Of a DNA stretch of 52,203 bases, positions 27,695 through 35,658 are shown one piece after another. The notes under the pieces are model-generated. The model was not told the DNA's origin and did no database searches. It worked only from the letters and a program-made list of their open reading frames with translations. The translations under genes and the position numbers were made by a program. The DNA is from Candidatus Nanopelagicales bacterium (GTDB lineage Bacteria; Actinomycetota; Actinomycetes; S36-B12; UBA5976), in the NCBI GenBank assembly GCA_044239795.1, contig JBIIAS010000001.1, positions 1-52,203 on the forward strand, written 5' to 3'. Position 1 is the stretch's first letter. Every line of letters starts with the position of its first letter.

Positions 27695-29056
27695 CTAACC
27701 ACAACTCTGAATTTTCCGACCTGACTGTTCTGTGGAAATACTCCTATTGCTTAAGCCCGGATATAAGTCATTCCAAGAACACAAATATCCTGCCCATTTG
27801 TCTGACCAAAGTCCGAACTCGGGATCACTCGTAATTGACTGAAGTTCTGCAAGTCGATTTATGTGGATTGAATGGTAAACATTTGTATTCTTGCCATCAA
27901 TCACTTTTAAGAAGTTTGTAGGATACACAATCCTATCTACCAACTCCCATGGGATCACCAACGTTGGTGACGTGGAGTCAACCGATCCAATCTCCACCCA
28001 TTTTTCATTAACCGGAGACGATGACAACGGATCATAATCGCCAACAAAAAGTTCTACTTTAGTTGGGGAATCAACCTCAATACTTACAACAATTGGATCT
28101 GGGTAAGATGCCTTAGATACCACTAAGTTGACTTGTCTCTTGTTCACCCTGTGATTGGCCCACCGGGATTCGTAATTAGTTAAATAAAACTCACCTTCTG
28201 TTGGAATGGAAACCGAGAAATTCTTTAAATCAGAGTTGGTAGTTCTAAGATAAGTGAATCCAGTTAGCCCATAGCGACTGTTTTTCCCGTCAGGGGCATC
28301 ATAAAGGGGCAATAATTTTTTCATAGTCTTCGAAGATTCAATTACAAGGTCTTGGGCGATTGGGTCTCCCGACAGTTCATAATATTTCCAAGCAGAGACC
28401 AGAGCCGATTGCCACCCGTTTAGAATATAACTATTCGGCTCCTGTGGTACTTCCGCGATCGAGACTCCGTTTTTATCGCGAAACAAAACACCTCCCTTAT
28501 CATGGGGAATGGTTAGGGCAAGAAATGATTTCCTGGATGCTTCAAGAAGACTTTCATCTTCGAGTAACTCCCCAACCTGCCATAATGTGTCTGCGTAATA
28601 GCCTTGAGTTAAGGCTGAATAATGTTTCTTGAAGAGACGAGCGCCGTTACCTGGCTCATACCAAAAAACTAAAGCACCCTCGTGCGCTTGCATTCGTTTG
28701 ACGGCTGCATGAGAAACTACCTTCAATGCCTCACGAAGCTCATCAGTGGGCTTTTCTTGGTATTGGAGCAAGTAATCATTTAGGACATAAATTGGGTAGA
28801 TAGGGTGTTCCCAGATGGAACCGTCATCCTGTAGCTTGCCTGGATAACCGTCGTTCGTCCAAGTAATCTTGTAAAAATCAGACGCCAAACTTGCCCATTC
28901 CTCAGTAAAAGGAGGCATCGATACCATTTCAAGCCTGCTTTGCTCTGGAGTTGGAACTTGGCTTTGGCTCACTTCTTGAGAATTTGATGCACACCCACCA
29001 AGCAACAGAGACGCAACAACCGCCACGTGACTCACTGAAGACTTCATCTTCGACAT
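27695..29056 (-). CDS. Lipoprotein with D-glucuronyl C5-epimerase C-terminal-like domain plus C-terminal beta-rich domain
   Basis: 453 aa. Lipobox LLLGGCAS. The central region (YSALTQGYY, GGVLF, ILNGWQSAL, LPLYDAPDGKNSRYGL) fits my recollection of the PF06662 pattern. The gene and both flanks are AT-rich. Confidence 0.6.
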   Translation of the reverse strand: MSKMKSSVSHVAVVASLLLGGCASNSQEVSQSQVPTPEQSRLEMVSMPPFTEEWASLASDFYKITWTNDGYPGKLQDDGSIWEHPIYPIYVLNDYLLQYQEKPTDELREALKVVSHAAVKRMQAHEGALVFWYEPGNGARLFKKHYSALTQGYYADTLWQVGELLEDESLLEASRKSFLALTIPHDKGGVLFRDKNGVSIAEVPQEPNSYILNGWQSALVSAWKYYELSGDPIAQDLVIESSKTMKKLLPLYDAPDGKNSRYGLTGFTYLRTTNSDLKNFSVSIPTEGEFYLTNYESRWANHRVNKRQVNLVVSKASYPDPIVVSIEVDSPTKVELFVGDYDPLSSSPVNEKWVEIGSVDSTSPTLVIPWELVDRIVYPTNFLKVIDGKNTNVYHSIHINRLAELQSITSDPEFGLWSDKWAGYLCSWNDLYPGLSNRSISTEQSGRKIQSCG

Positions 29057-29196
29057 GCCTCAACTGTACCTCATCTGCAGAAAGCGTCTTCAATTATAAA
29101 AGCGAGTGGAATTTCATTCGGGCACCTAAAATCTAATGCTTAATCAAGAAGTGAGTAACTTTCATATAAATAGGAAGTTTAATTTACTCACCTTGA

Positions 29197-30120
29197 CTAT
29201 TCATCACTCAAGTCAACGAGTTGCATTACCTTTACCGTGTCACCAGCATTCATGCGCGTAGTTCCAGGTGGGACCACAATCAAAGCATCGGCCGTTCCAA
29301 GTCCTGCTAGTGGATGATCCTCATTATTCTCAACTGACTTAACAAGTGGAAAATCACCAGTTCTCGAAACTCGAGCTCGGACGTATCGAGCATCATCACG
29401 CGCACCTTCGACGGTTGTTTCGAGCCGTGCCTCGATCATCCGATGATGCAGTTTGCTGTGTCCCATGAGTCTTCTGATTAATGGTCGAACAAATATGTCG
29501 AATGACAGAAGTGCACCGACAGGATTTCCTGGGAGCACAAAGATTGGGGTTGAGTCAGGCCCAATTACGCCAAAGCCTTGTGCACCACCTGGCGTCATGT
29601 TCACACGAGAAATTTCAACGCGACCAAGTTCTCGCAAGACACTTGTCAGCAGATCGTAGTCACCAGCATTCATGCCACACGCCGTGATGATGACATCAGC
29701 ACGAACTAGTTGATCTTCAATTGCAGATCTAACCAACTCCGCATTGCTTTGCAGTGGTCCTACCCGAAATGTCATAGCCCCAGCAGCAGTAGACGCAGTA
29801 GTTAATGCAATTCCATTTATGTCTGGACGCAGTTCTTCCAAAGTTCCTGGGTCGGCTAAGTCACTTCCAACAGTCAAGACAACTACACGTGGCTTTGGAT
29901 GAACCCAAATCCGTCCGAGATTGGCAGCTGCTAACAGTGCCACGTGTCGTGCACCTATGGCAGTGCCCTGAGGAAGTAACACGTGTTCAATTCCATCGTC
30001 ATCGGTAGTAACTTTCTCAGCTAGAACACATCCGATCGAGCCAAGTAATCCAACTTCAAGAGACTCCAGCGGGATGACATTAGCTAAAACTGCCTCTAAG
30101 TGTTGCTCAACGGAGCGCAT
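29197..30120 (-). CDS. MoeA-like (gephyrin-like) protein lacking the catalytic N-terminal segment; candidate Glp-type division protein
   Basis: Start at ATG 30120 shares one base with the galU stop (TAATG), giving 307 aa. The MPT-binding-domain and MoeA_C-like parts are recognisable (VLPGNPVGALLSFD, C-terminal beta domain). The SAMDGYA/TGAP/GED region of canonical MoeA is absent. Confidence 0.7.
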   Translation of the reverse strand: MRSVEQHLEAVLANVIPLESLEVGLLGSIGCVLAEKVTTDDDGIEHVLLPQGTAIGARHVALLAAANLGRIWVHPKPRVVVLTVGSDLADPGTLEELRPDINGIALTTASTAAGAMTFRVGPLQSNAELVRSAIEDQLVRADVIITACGMNAGDYDLLTSVLRELGRVEISRVNMTPGGAQGFGVIGPDSTPIFVLPGNPVGALLSFDIFVRPLIRRLMGHSKLHHRMIEARLETTVEGARDDARYVRARVSRTGDFPLVKSVENNEDHPLAGLGTADALIVVPPGTTRMNAGDTVKVMQLVDLSDE

Positions 30121-31022
30121 TAGTTTTTTCCTGCCAGGTAGGTATTTAGCCATGCGCGAAGGTCTGGACCTAGGTCATCACGGTCGAGTGCAATTGACAC
30201 AACACTCTTTAGGTACGAAAGTTTGTCACCGGTGTCGTAACGCTTTCCTCGGAAAACTACAGCGTGGACACCGCCACCTGATTCAACTGGCATATCAATT
30301 AAGGAAGCCAGAGCATCAGTCAATTGAATTTCGCCTCCGCGACCAGGCGCCAAATTTTCTAGCAAACCAAAAATCGCTGGATTGATTACATATCGGCCAA
30401 TTACTGCAAGATTGCTTGGCGCAGTTCCAGTTGCAGGTTTCTCAACCAACTCAGTAACCCGAACAATGTCCGGAGTATCGGTTGGTGTAACTGCTGCACA
30501 ACCATACAAATGAATTTGATCTTCCGGAACTTCCATCAGCGCCAAAATACTGCCACCGAACTTTGCTTGAGCTGCAAACATATCCGGCAGAACTGGCGTT
30601 CGAGCATCAACTAAATCGTCACCAAGTAAAACTGCAAACGGTTGATCACCAACATGTTCTTTAGCCATACTCACGGCGTGACCCAATCCCATTGGCACAC
30701 CTTGCCTTACGAAGTGCATCGCGGCTAAATCAGCGAGCTCAGAAATCTCATGTTGCATTTCAAATGCGCCGCGTTCAGCCAACGTGCGCTCTAGGCTCGG
30801 TGACCGATCGAAGTGATTTTCTAATGATTCCTTGTTTCGGCCAGTAATGAAAAGGACATCATCAATACCAGCAGCAACAGCTTCTTCGACAACATATTGA
30901 ATTGCTGGTTTATCAACAACTGGAAGCATTTCTTTTGGAGTTGCCTTGGTTGCTGGTAAAAACCGGGTGCCCAATCCAGCTGCCGGAATTACGGCTTTGC
31001 TTATTGCGCCCCTATTGCTCAT
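30120..31022 (-). CDS. galU: UTP--glucose-1-phosphate uridylyltransferase
   Basis: 300 aa. Motifs AVIPAAGLGTRFLPATKATPKEMLPVVDKP and VEKP. Confidence 0.93.
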   Translation of the reverse strand: MSNRGAISKAVIPAAGLGTRFLPATKATPKEMLPVVDKPAIQYVVEEAVAAGIDDVLFITGRNKESLENHFDRSPSLERTLAERGAFEMQHEISELADLAAMHFVRQGVPMGLGHAVSMAKEHVGDQPFAVLLGDDLVDARTPVLPDMFAAQAKFGGSILALMEVPEDQIHLYGCAAVTPTDTPDIVRVTELVEKPATGTAPSNLAVIGRYVINPAIFGLLENLAPGRGGEIQLTDALASLIDMPVESGGGVHAVVFRGKRYDTGDKLSYLKSVVSIALDRDDLGPDLRAWLNTYLAGKN

Positions 31023-31053
31023 ACCTAGACTTTACTGGCAATACGGTTAAGGA

Positions 31054-31620
31054 ATGGTAAGTCGTTCCAAAGACACAGCGCGCGAGCAATCTATCTCGAC
31101 TAGATCAGTGCGGAGTGATGCAGAAATTTCTGCAGCTGGAATCGCTATCGCAAATCATGATTGGGCTGCTCTGTGCCCAGGTCAATTAGTAACCTGTTTT
31201 GTTTCGATGGCAACTGAGCCACCAACTGATATCTTGCGAACTACATTGCAAGGTCTCGGTAAAGATATTGCCTTGCCAATCATGAAGCCAGGAAACTCCT
31301 TGGCCTGGGGCTTTGATGGCACTGACTTAGTTAAAAACAGTTACGGTATCTACGAACCGATACCTGCTGAGATTGATATCGCAAACGCAAGTGCAATTCT
31401 GATTCCAGCTCTTGGAGTTGGACGAGATGGTTCTCGCTTAGGCCGAGGTGCCGGTTACTACGACCGAGCATTGGCAAATGTGCCAACACACGCAACGGGT
31501 GGACCTCTTCGAATTTGCTTGGTATTTGATGACGAAGTCGATGAGTCAGTTCCAAGTGAAGCACACGATGCCTTAATCGACTTAATAGTTACACCAAGTG
31601 AAGTTATTCAAGTTAACTAA
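31054..31620 (+). CDS. 5-formyltetrahydrofolate cyclo-ligase
   Basis: 188 aa. C-terminal RLGRGAGYYDR motif. Conserved position next to galU. Confidence 0.85.
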   Translation: MVSRSKDTAREQSISTRSVRSDAEISAAGIAIANHDWAALCPGQLVTCFVSMATEPPTDILRTTLQGLGKDIALPIMKPGNSLAWGFDGTDLVKNSYGIYEPIPAEIDIANASAILIPALGVGRDGSRLGRGAGYYDRALANVPTHATGGPLRICLVFDDEVDESVPSEAHDALIDLIVTPSEVIQVN

Positions 31621-31969
31621 ATAGGTAGCGGCCCAAAATCAAACCAACGCCAGCGGCAACAATTCCACCAGTTATCAAAGTAACGGCATAAATCATTGCT
31701 GGCCTGAATGCTTGGGCCATTAGTCTGCGATGCAGCTGAAGGCTGACACCACTGAAAGTTGTCAGTGCGCCACACAAACCAACTCCGAGAATCACTTGCC
31801 AATCCCCTGGCAAAGCCAAAACAATTCCTAACAGAAATGCGCCGGCTACATTAACTAGCCAAGTAGCGCGTGGAAATGCAGAACTTCCAACTGGTGGCAA
31901 GTAGTACTCAAGCGCAAACCTGATGAAGCCACCTAGCGCGGCTGCGATAACAAACAGCATTAAATTCAT
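31613..31969 (-). CDS. crcB: Fluoride channel CrcB/FluC subunit
   Basis: 118 aa with four TM helices. Motif GALTTFSG (TFS). Confidence 0.9.
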   Translation of the reverse strand: MNLMLFVIAAALGGFIRFALEYYLPPVGSSAFPRATWLVNVAGAFLLGIVLALPGDWQVILGVGLCGALTTFSGVSLQLHRRLMAQAFRPAMIYAVTLITGGIVAAGVGLILGRYLFS

Positions 31970-32331
31970 TTTCTATCACCCAGCAAGCTGCCAATGTGTG
32001 TTGCGGCAACACCCACTGCAAAGGTGGCTACGACGTAAGTGATTGAAATTAATGGCGTACTTGCCAGTTGTAAAGTTTCCACTGCAATAGCCGAGAAGGT
32101 TGTGAAACCACCAAGTATGCCGGTCACAACAAAGTGACGACGTGTTTCGTTATTCATAATTTTTGGCGAACTGGCAATAACTCCAATTAGCAATGCGCCA
32201 ATGACATTAACTATGAAAGTTGACCACGGAAAAGAAGTTTCGCTGGGCGTCTGAACCCAATAAGAAATCTGTAATCGAGCAAGTGATCCAAGTGCTGCCC
32301 CAAGGGCTGCAACTAAACCAAAATTAAGCAC
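31966..32331 (-). CDS. crcB: Fluoride channel CrcB/FluC subunit (second paralog)
   Basis: Motif GGFTTFSA. I place the start at GTG 32331 (VLNFGLVAAL), giving 121 aa. The 179-aa track ORF runs through the fmdB 3' end in another frame. Confidence 0.85.
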   Translation of the reverse strand: MLNFGLVAALGAALGSLARLQISYWVQTPSETSFPWSTFIVNVIGALLIGVIASSPKIMNNETRRHFVVTGILGGFTTFSAIAVETLQLASTPLISITYVVATFAVGVAATHIGSLLGDRK

Positions 32332-32626
32332 TTGGGCTTGGGGTGCTCGCTGGCGCGGCGGCTGGGGCAGGAGTCGCAGCTGGTGTCGATGCAGGCGTCG
32401 ATGCTGAACCCGGGTCTGTTGAACTTGGAGTTGCCGAAGTTGTAGTGCCACGGGAATCATTTCGATAGAAACCTGAACCCTTGAAAACAACTCCGACTGA
32501 GCCATAAACCTTCTTTAAGGCTTCGGCTTTACATTCTGGGCAAGTAGTTAAAGCGTCATCAGAAAAAGACTGGACTACTTCAAGTGGCGCATCACACTGG
32601 CCGCACACGTATTGATAAGTAGGCAT
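32324..32626 (-). CDS. FmdB family zinc-ribbon protein
   Basis: 100 aa. MPTYQYVCGQCDAPLEV...CPECKAEALKKV...GSGFY is the classic FmdB/CxxC_CxxC_SSSS pattern. Pro/Ala/Ser/Thr-rich tail. Confidence 0.85.
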   Translation of the reverse strand: MPTYQYVCGQCDAPLEVVQSFSDDALTTCPECKAEALKKVYGSVGVVFKGSGFYRNDSRGTTTSATPSSTDPGSASTPASTPAATPAPAAAPASTPSPSA

Positions 32627-32706
32627 GATTTCCTTTCGACTCTGGCAATCGTACCTGTGGACAAATTAAGTCGCGAAATTTGAATTCGAATTATCGTGGC
32701 ACAACT

Positions 32707-33342
32707 ATGAAAAACCTTGAATTTCTGCATAAGTACTATCCCTTGATAGTTAGGTATCGCCGATCAATCGCAGCCTCGCTTGCTGGTCTTGGCACATTAA
32801 TCGCACTTAGTTTGGTGATTCCAAGTCCTGGATCTCAAACCAAAGTGTTGGTCGCAACGAGTCCATTGTCGGCTGGCACAACATTGACGGCATCAGACTT
32901 TACGCAAAAATCTCTGCCCGATGATTTTGCTTGGTCAACTTTGCAAGTTCAGTCAAGTGATTTAGTTGGTCGAGTGTTAGCGCATTCGATCGCAGCAAAC
33001 CAGCCAATTAGTAACAGCGATCTTATTGGGCAGGGACTACTTACGGGATTACCAAAAAACTATGTTGCAGTTTCAATTCCAGTTGCCGCCAGCACAAGCG
33101 CAGCGCTTCTAAATGTTGGAAACGTGATTGATGTTTATAGCTCAAGCAATGATGGCTTCAACACTGGTGTACTCATTGCATCTCGCGCCAGCATCCTTGC
33201 GATTCCAATGAATGGTAAGAGTTCAATGTTTTCTAGTGGATCGACAACTAACTCGATCATTGTTGGTGTGGACTCAGTAGCCGCAATAAGTATTGCTGGA
33301 AATATTTCGAATCAAGGATTCATGATCGCGATGCTTCCATAG
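32707..33342 (+). CDS. SAF domain-containing protein (CpaB/RcpC-like)
   Basis: One N-terminal TM, then VLVATSPLSAGTTLTASDF, which is typical of SAF domains. Start taken at ATG 32707 (the track start 32680 is possible). Confidence 0.7.
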   Translation: MKNLEFLHKYYPLIVRYRRSIAASLAGLGTLIALSLVIPSPGSQTKVLVATSPLSAGTTLTASDFTQKSLPDDFAWSTLQVQSSDLVGRVLAHSIAANQPISNSDLIGQGLLTGLPKNYVAVSIPVAASTSAALLNVGNVIDVYSSSNDGFNTGVLIASRASILAIPMNGKSSMFSSGSTTNSIIVGVDSVAAISIAGNISNQGFMIAMLP

Positions 33343-33369
33343 TTGTTGGAAGTCTTAAGCATTGCCTCT

Positions 33370-33549
33370 TTAGCCGTGATGTGGTGGCACGTCTTCTAGC
33401 AATTCACGATCACGATTAGTTTGCGGCGCAATATCGTCACTGGTTTGCTCTGGTGTTAACTCAACTCCGTCTAGCAATTCCCGTAACTTCGCCGAACTCT
33501 GGGCTTTTGCATCCACAGTTTCGTCAGGATTATTGGGCGTAGAACTCAT
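33370..33549 (-). CDS. Small acidic hypothetical protein (59 aa) ending in PPHHG
   Basis: Only the 3' 180 nt of the 152-aa track ORF is free of overlap with the FAD oxidoreductase. ATG 33549 is preceded by AGGAG, but only 1 nt upstream. Confidence 0.4.
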   Translation of the reverse strand: MSSTPNNPDETVDAKAQSSAKLRELLDGVELTPEQTSDDIAPQTNRDRELLEDVPPHHG

Positions 33550-33610
33550 ACTCCTATGCTGATACCTAAGGATTGAAAAACCTAATTCAAACTGCGAATG
33601 AAATGGAAAC

Positions 33611-34738
33611 TTGATGGGCATCGTCTGGGATATCAACGTTGAGCGCCCAGAATTTCCGCAACTCACGTCCAACCTTGAAGCTGATCTGGTTGTAGTTGGA
33701 CTTGGCGGTTCTGGATTGACTGCACTATTGCATGCGGCCCAGCGCGGATTGAATGTCATAGGCATTGATGCTGATCGCATTGCTGCTGCTGGTGCTGGCC
33801 GTAACGGTGGCTTGCTATTGGCTGGCATTGCAGATTTTCACCATAACGTTAGAAAAGATTTTGGCATCGAGCGGGCAACTGCGCTCTACCAACACACTCT
33901 CGATGAAATGGATCGTATCGAGGCAACGACACCTGATGCAGTATCTCGAATCGGTGCCCTCCGAATTGGCGAATTACGTCGCGGTGAAGATCCGGACGAA
34001 CTCAGCGATACCTATGCGCATCGCGATGCCTTGATAGCTGATGGGTTTCCAGTTGATGATTATGAAGGTGAACAAGGTGTAGGAATCTTGATTCCTACCG
34101 ACGGAACTTTTCATCCCACGAAGCGCGCTGTGTTACTGGCGAATCTTGCTAAAGCAGCTGGTGCTCAAATCTTCACGAACTCACCAGCAATCAAAATTGA
34201 ATCCGGGCTTGTTACAACGGATCAAGGAAGCATTAAGGCTAAACACATTGTGGTTGCAGTTGATGGCAACTTAGGTAAGGCGCTGCCAGAGGTATCTGAT
34301 CTGGTTCAACCAACTCGACTACAAATGATTTCAACCGCGCCAGAAACCAAACTGAAAATGAAATACGCAGTTTATGTTCGGCAAGGTTGGGACTACTGGC
34401 AACAACTCCCGGATGGTCGGGTTGCAATTGGTGGTGGACGTGACTTGTCTTTAGAGCAAGAAAACACTGATGTGGTTGAACCAACCCAGATCATGCGGGA
34501 TTATCTAGAGCGCAAACTTCAGGACATAGGCGTGACTGCAGCAGTTGAACATCACTGGGCAGCAATCGTGAGTTACACCGATTCAGGATTGCCAATTGTG
34601 AAGGAAGTCCAGCCGGGAGTTTGGGCAGTTGGCGCATACTGCGGAACTGGCAATGTCGTTGGCGCGCTTTTGTCTCGCAGCGTGGTCGACCAATGCATTG
34701 ATGGGCATAGCCAAGTTATTAAGGACTTTGCGGGTTAG
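33611..34738 (+). CDS. FAD-dependent oxidoreductase (DAO family)
   Basis: 375 aa. N-terminal dinucleotide-binding motif DLVVVGLGGSGL. Confidence 0.85.
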   Translation: MMGIVWDINVERPEFPQLTSNLEADLVVVGLGGSGLTALLHAAQRGLNVIGIDADRIAAAGAGRNGGLLLAGIADFHHNVRKDFGIERATALYQHTLDEMDRIEATTPDAVSRIGALRIGELRRGEDPDELSDTYAHRDALIADGFPVDDYEGEQGVGILIPTDGTFHPTKRAVLLANLAKAAGAQIFTNSPAIKIESGLVTTDQGSIKAKHIVVAVDGNLGKALPEVSDLVQPTRLQMISTAPETKLKMKYAVYVRQGWDYWQQLPDGRVAIGGGRDLSLEQENTDVVEPTQIMRDYLERKLQDIGVTAAVEHHWAAIVSYTDSGLPIVKEVQPGVWAVGAYCGTGNVVGALLSRSVVDQCIDGHSQVIKDFAG

Positions 34739-34742
34739 CCAC

Positions 34743-35624
34743 ATGACTAATGAATTAATGGGTGCCAAGATTTGGCATAGTCTGCGTAAGGATCACCAGG
34801 CAAAAGTGTTGCCATGGATTACTCCTCGATTGGAACGTCGCTCCCGACACGAAAGTCATCCGGTCGATGACTTTTTGTTTGAGTACTACCCAATCAGTAC
34901 GAACAAACTATTGAATTGGCATCCTGGCTTTGGATTTGCGCTGGAAGCTACGGAGACAGAATCCGAAGAGTTTCCGTCTGGGAGTTACGAATTCGCTAAC
35001 AACATAATTCAGATTCGTCCTGAGTGGTTAGCCAAGAATCAAGAAGCAGCAATTGGCTTGATTGACTTCTTGGCTAAAACGCAAGAGCGTTCAATACGTT
35101 CGGGTTGTTTTGGTTTGCATGAATGGGCAATGGTTCTCGGCGCTGAAGACGTCAGACATGAGAAGTGGCCATTGCGCCTGAGTCAAAAAGAGATACGGGC
35201 CACGATTGATGAGGTCGGACTTCGTTGCACACACTTTGATGCGTTCCGCTTTTTCACTCCGATCGCTGCTCCGTTGAATCCAATACAACTTACGCGGATT
35301 GATCAAAATGATGTTGAACAACCTGGCTGCCTGCACGCAAACATGGATTTGTATAAACATGCACAAAGGTTTGCGCCAATTGTTGGCTCTGAAATAGTTC
35401 GTAGTGCATTTGCTTTAGCCAAGGACATCAGAACTGTAGACATGCAAACTGCGCCTTATGACTTAGCTGACCTTGGCGTGATTCCAATTCCTGTTGAAAC
35501 TAGAGCTGGTCGTGATGAGTTTGCCAAACTACAACTTGGATTTGCGCAACGCGCACAAATCCTGCGCACTGAATTGATCATGGCATTGAAATCTGCTTAT
35601 GTAACCGCAGAAATCAAGGGATAA
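34743..35624 (+). CDS. Conserved actinobacterial protein of the family commonly annotated as 3-methyladenine DNA glycosylase
   Basis: Start at ATG 34743, giving 293 aa. Motifs HPVDDFLFEYYP, WHPG, LHEWAMV and CTHFDAFRFFTP match my recollection of that family. The function is not verified. Confidence 0.6.
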   Translation: MTNELMGAKIWHSLRKDHQAKVLPWITPRLERRSRHESHPVDDFLFEYYPISTNKLLNWHPGFGFALEATETESEEFPSGSYEFANNIIQIRPEWLAKNQEAAIGLIDFLAKTQERSIRSGCFGLHEWAMVLGAEDVRHEKWPLRLSQKEIRATIDEVGLRCTHFDAFRFFTPIAAPLNPIQLTRIDQNDVEQPGCLHANMDLYKHAQRFAPIVGSEIVRSAFALAKDIRTVDMQTAPYDLADLGVIPIPVETRAGRDEFAKLQLGFAQRAQILRTELIMALKSAYVTAEIKG

Positions 35625-35658
35625 TTTCACATATTTCAAAAACGGTAAGATTCAAGTT

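Noticed and set aside
27533-29196. Target-site duplications or terminal inverted repeats bounding the epimerase-like island
   Set aside because: Only weak 6-9-nt similarities occur between the flanks (TTCAATT-TA, ATTTAC), no better than expected in AT-rich DNA. The island call rests on composition and synteny only.
32332-32505. 58-codon extension of the second crcB ORF
   Set aside because: It lies entirely within the fmdB coding region in another frame. CrcB proteins are about 120 aa, and GTG 32331 gives 121 aa.
33550-33828. Upstream part of the 152-aa minus-strand ORF
   Set aside because: It is antisense to the well-supported FAD oxidoreductase N-terminus and is Pro/Ala/Ser/Arg-rich shadow-frame sequence. 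Only the non-overlapping 59-codon tail was kept, at low confidence.
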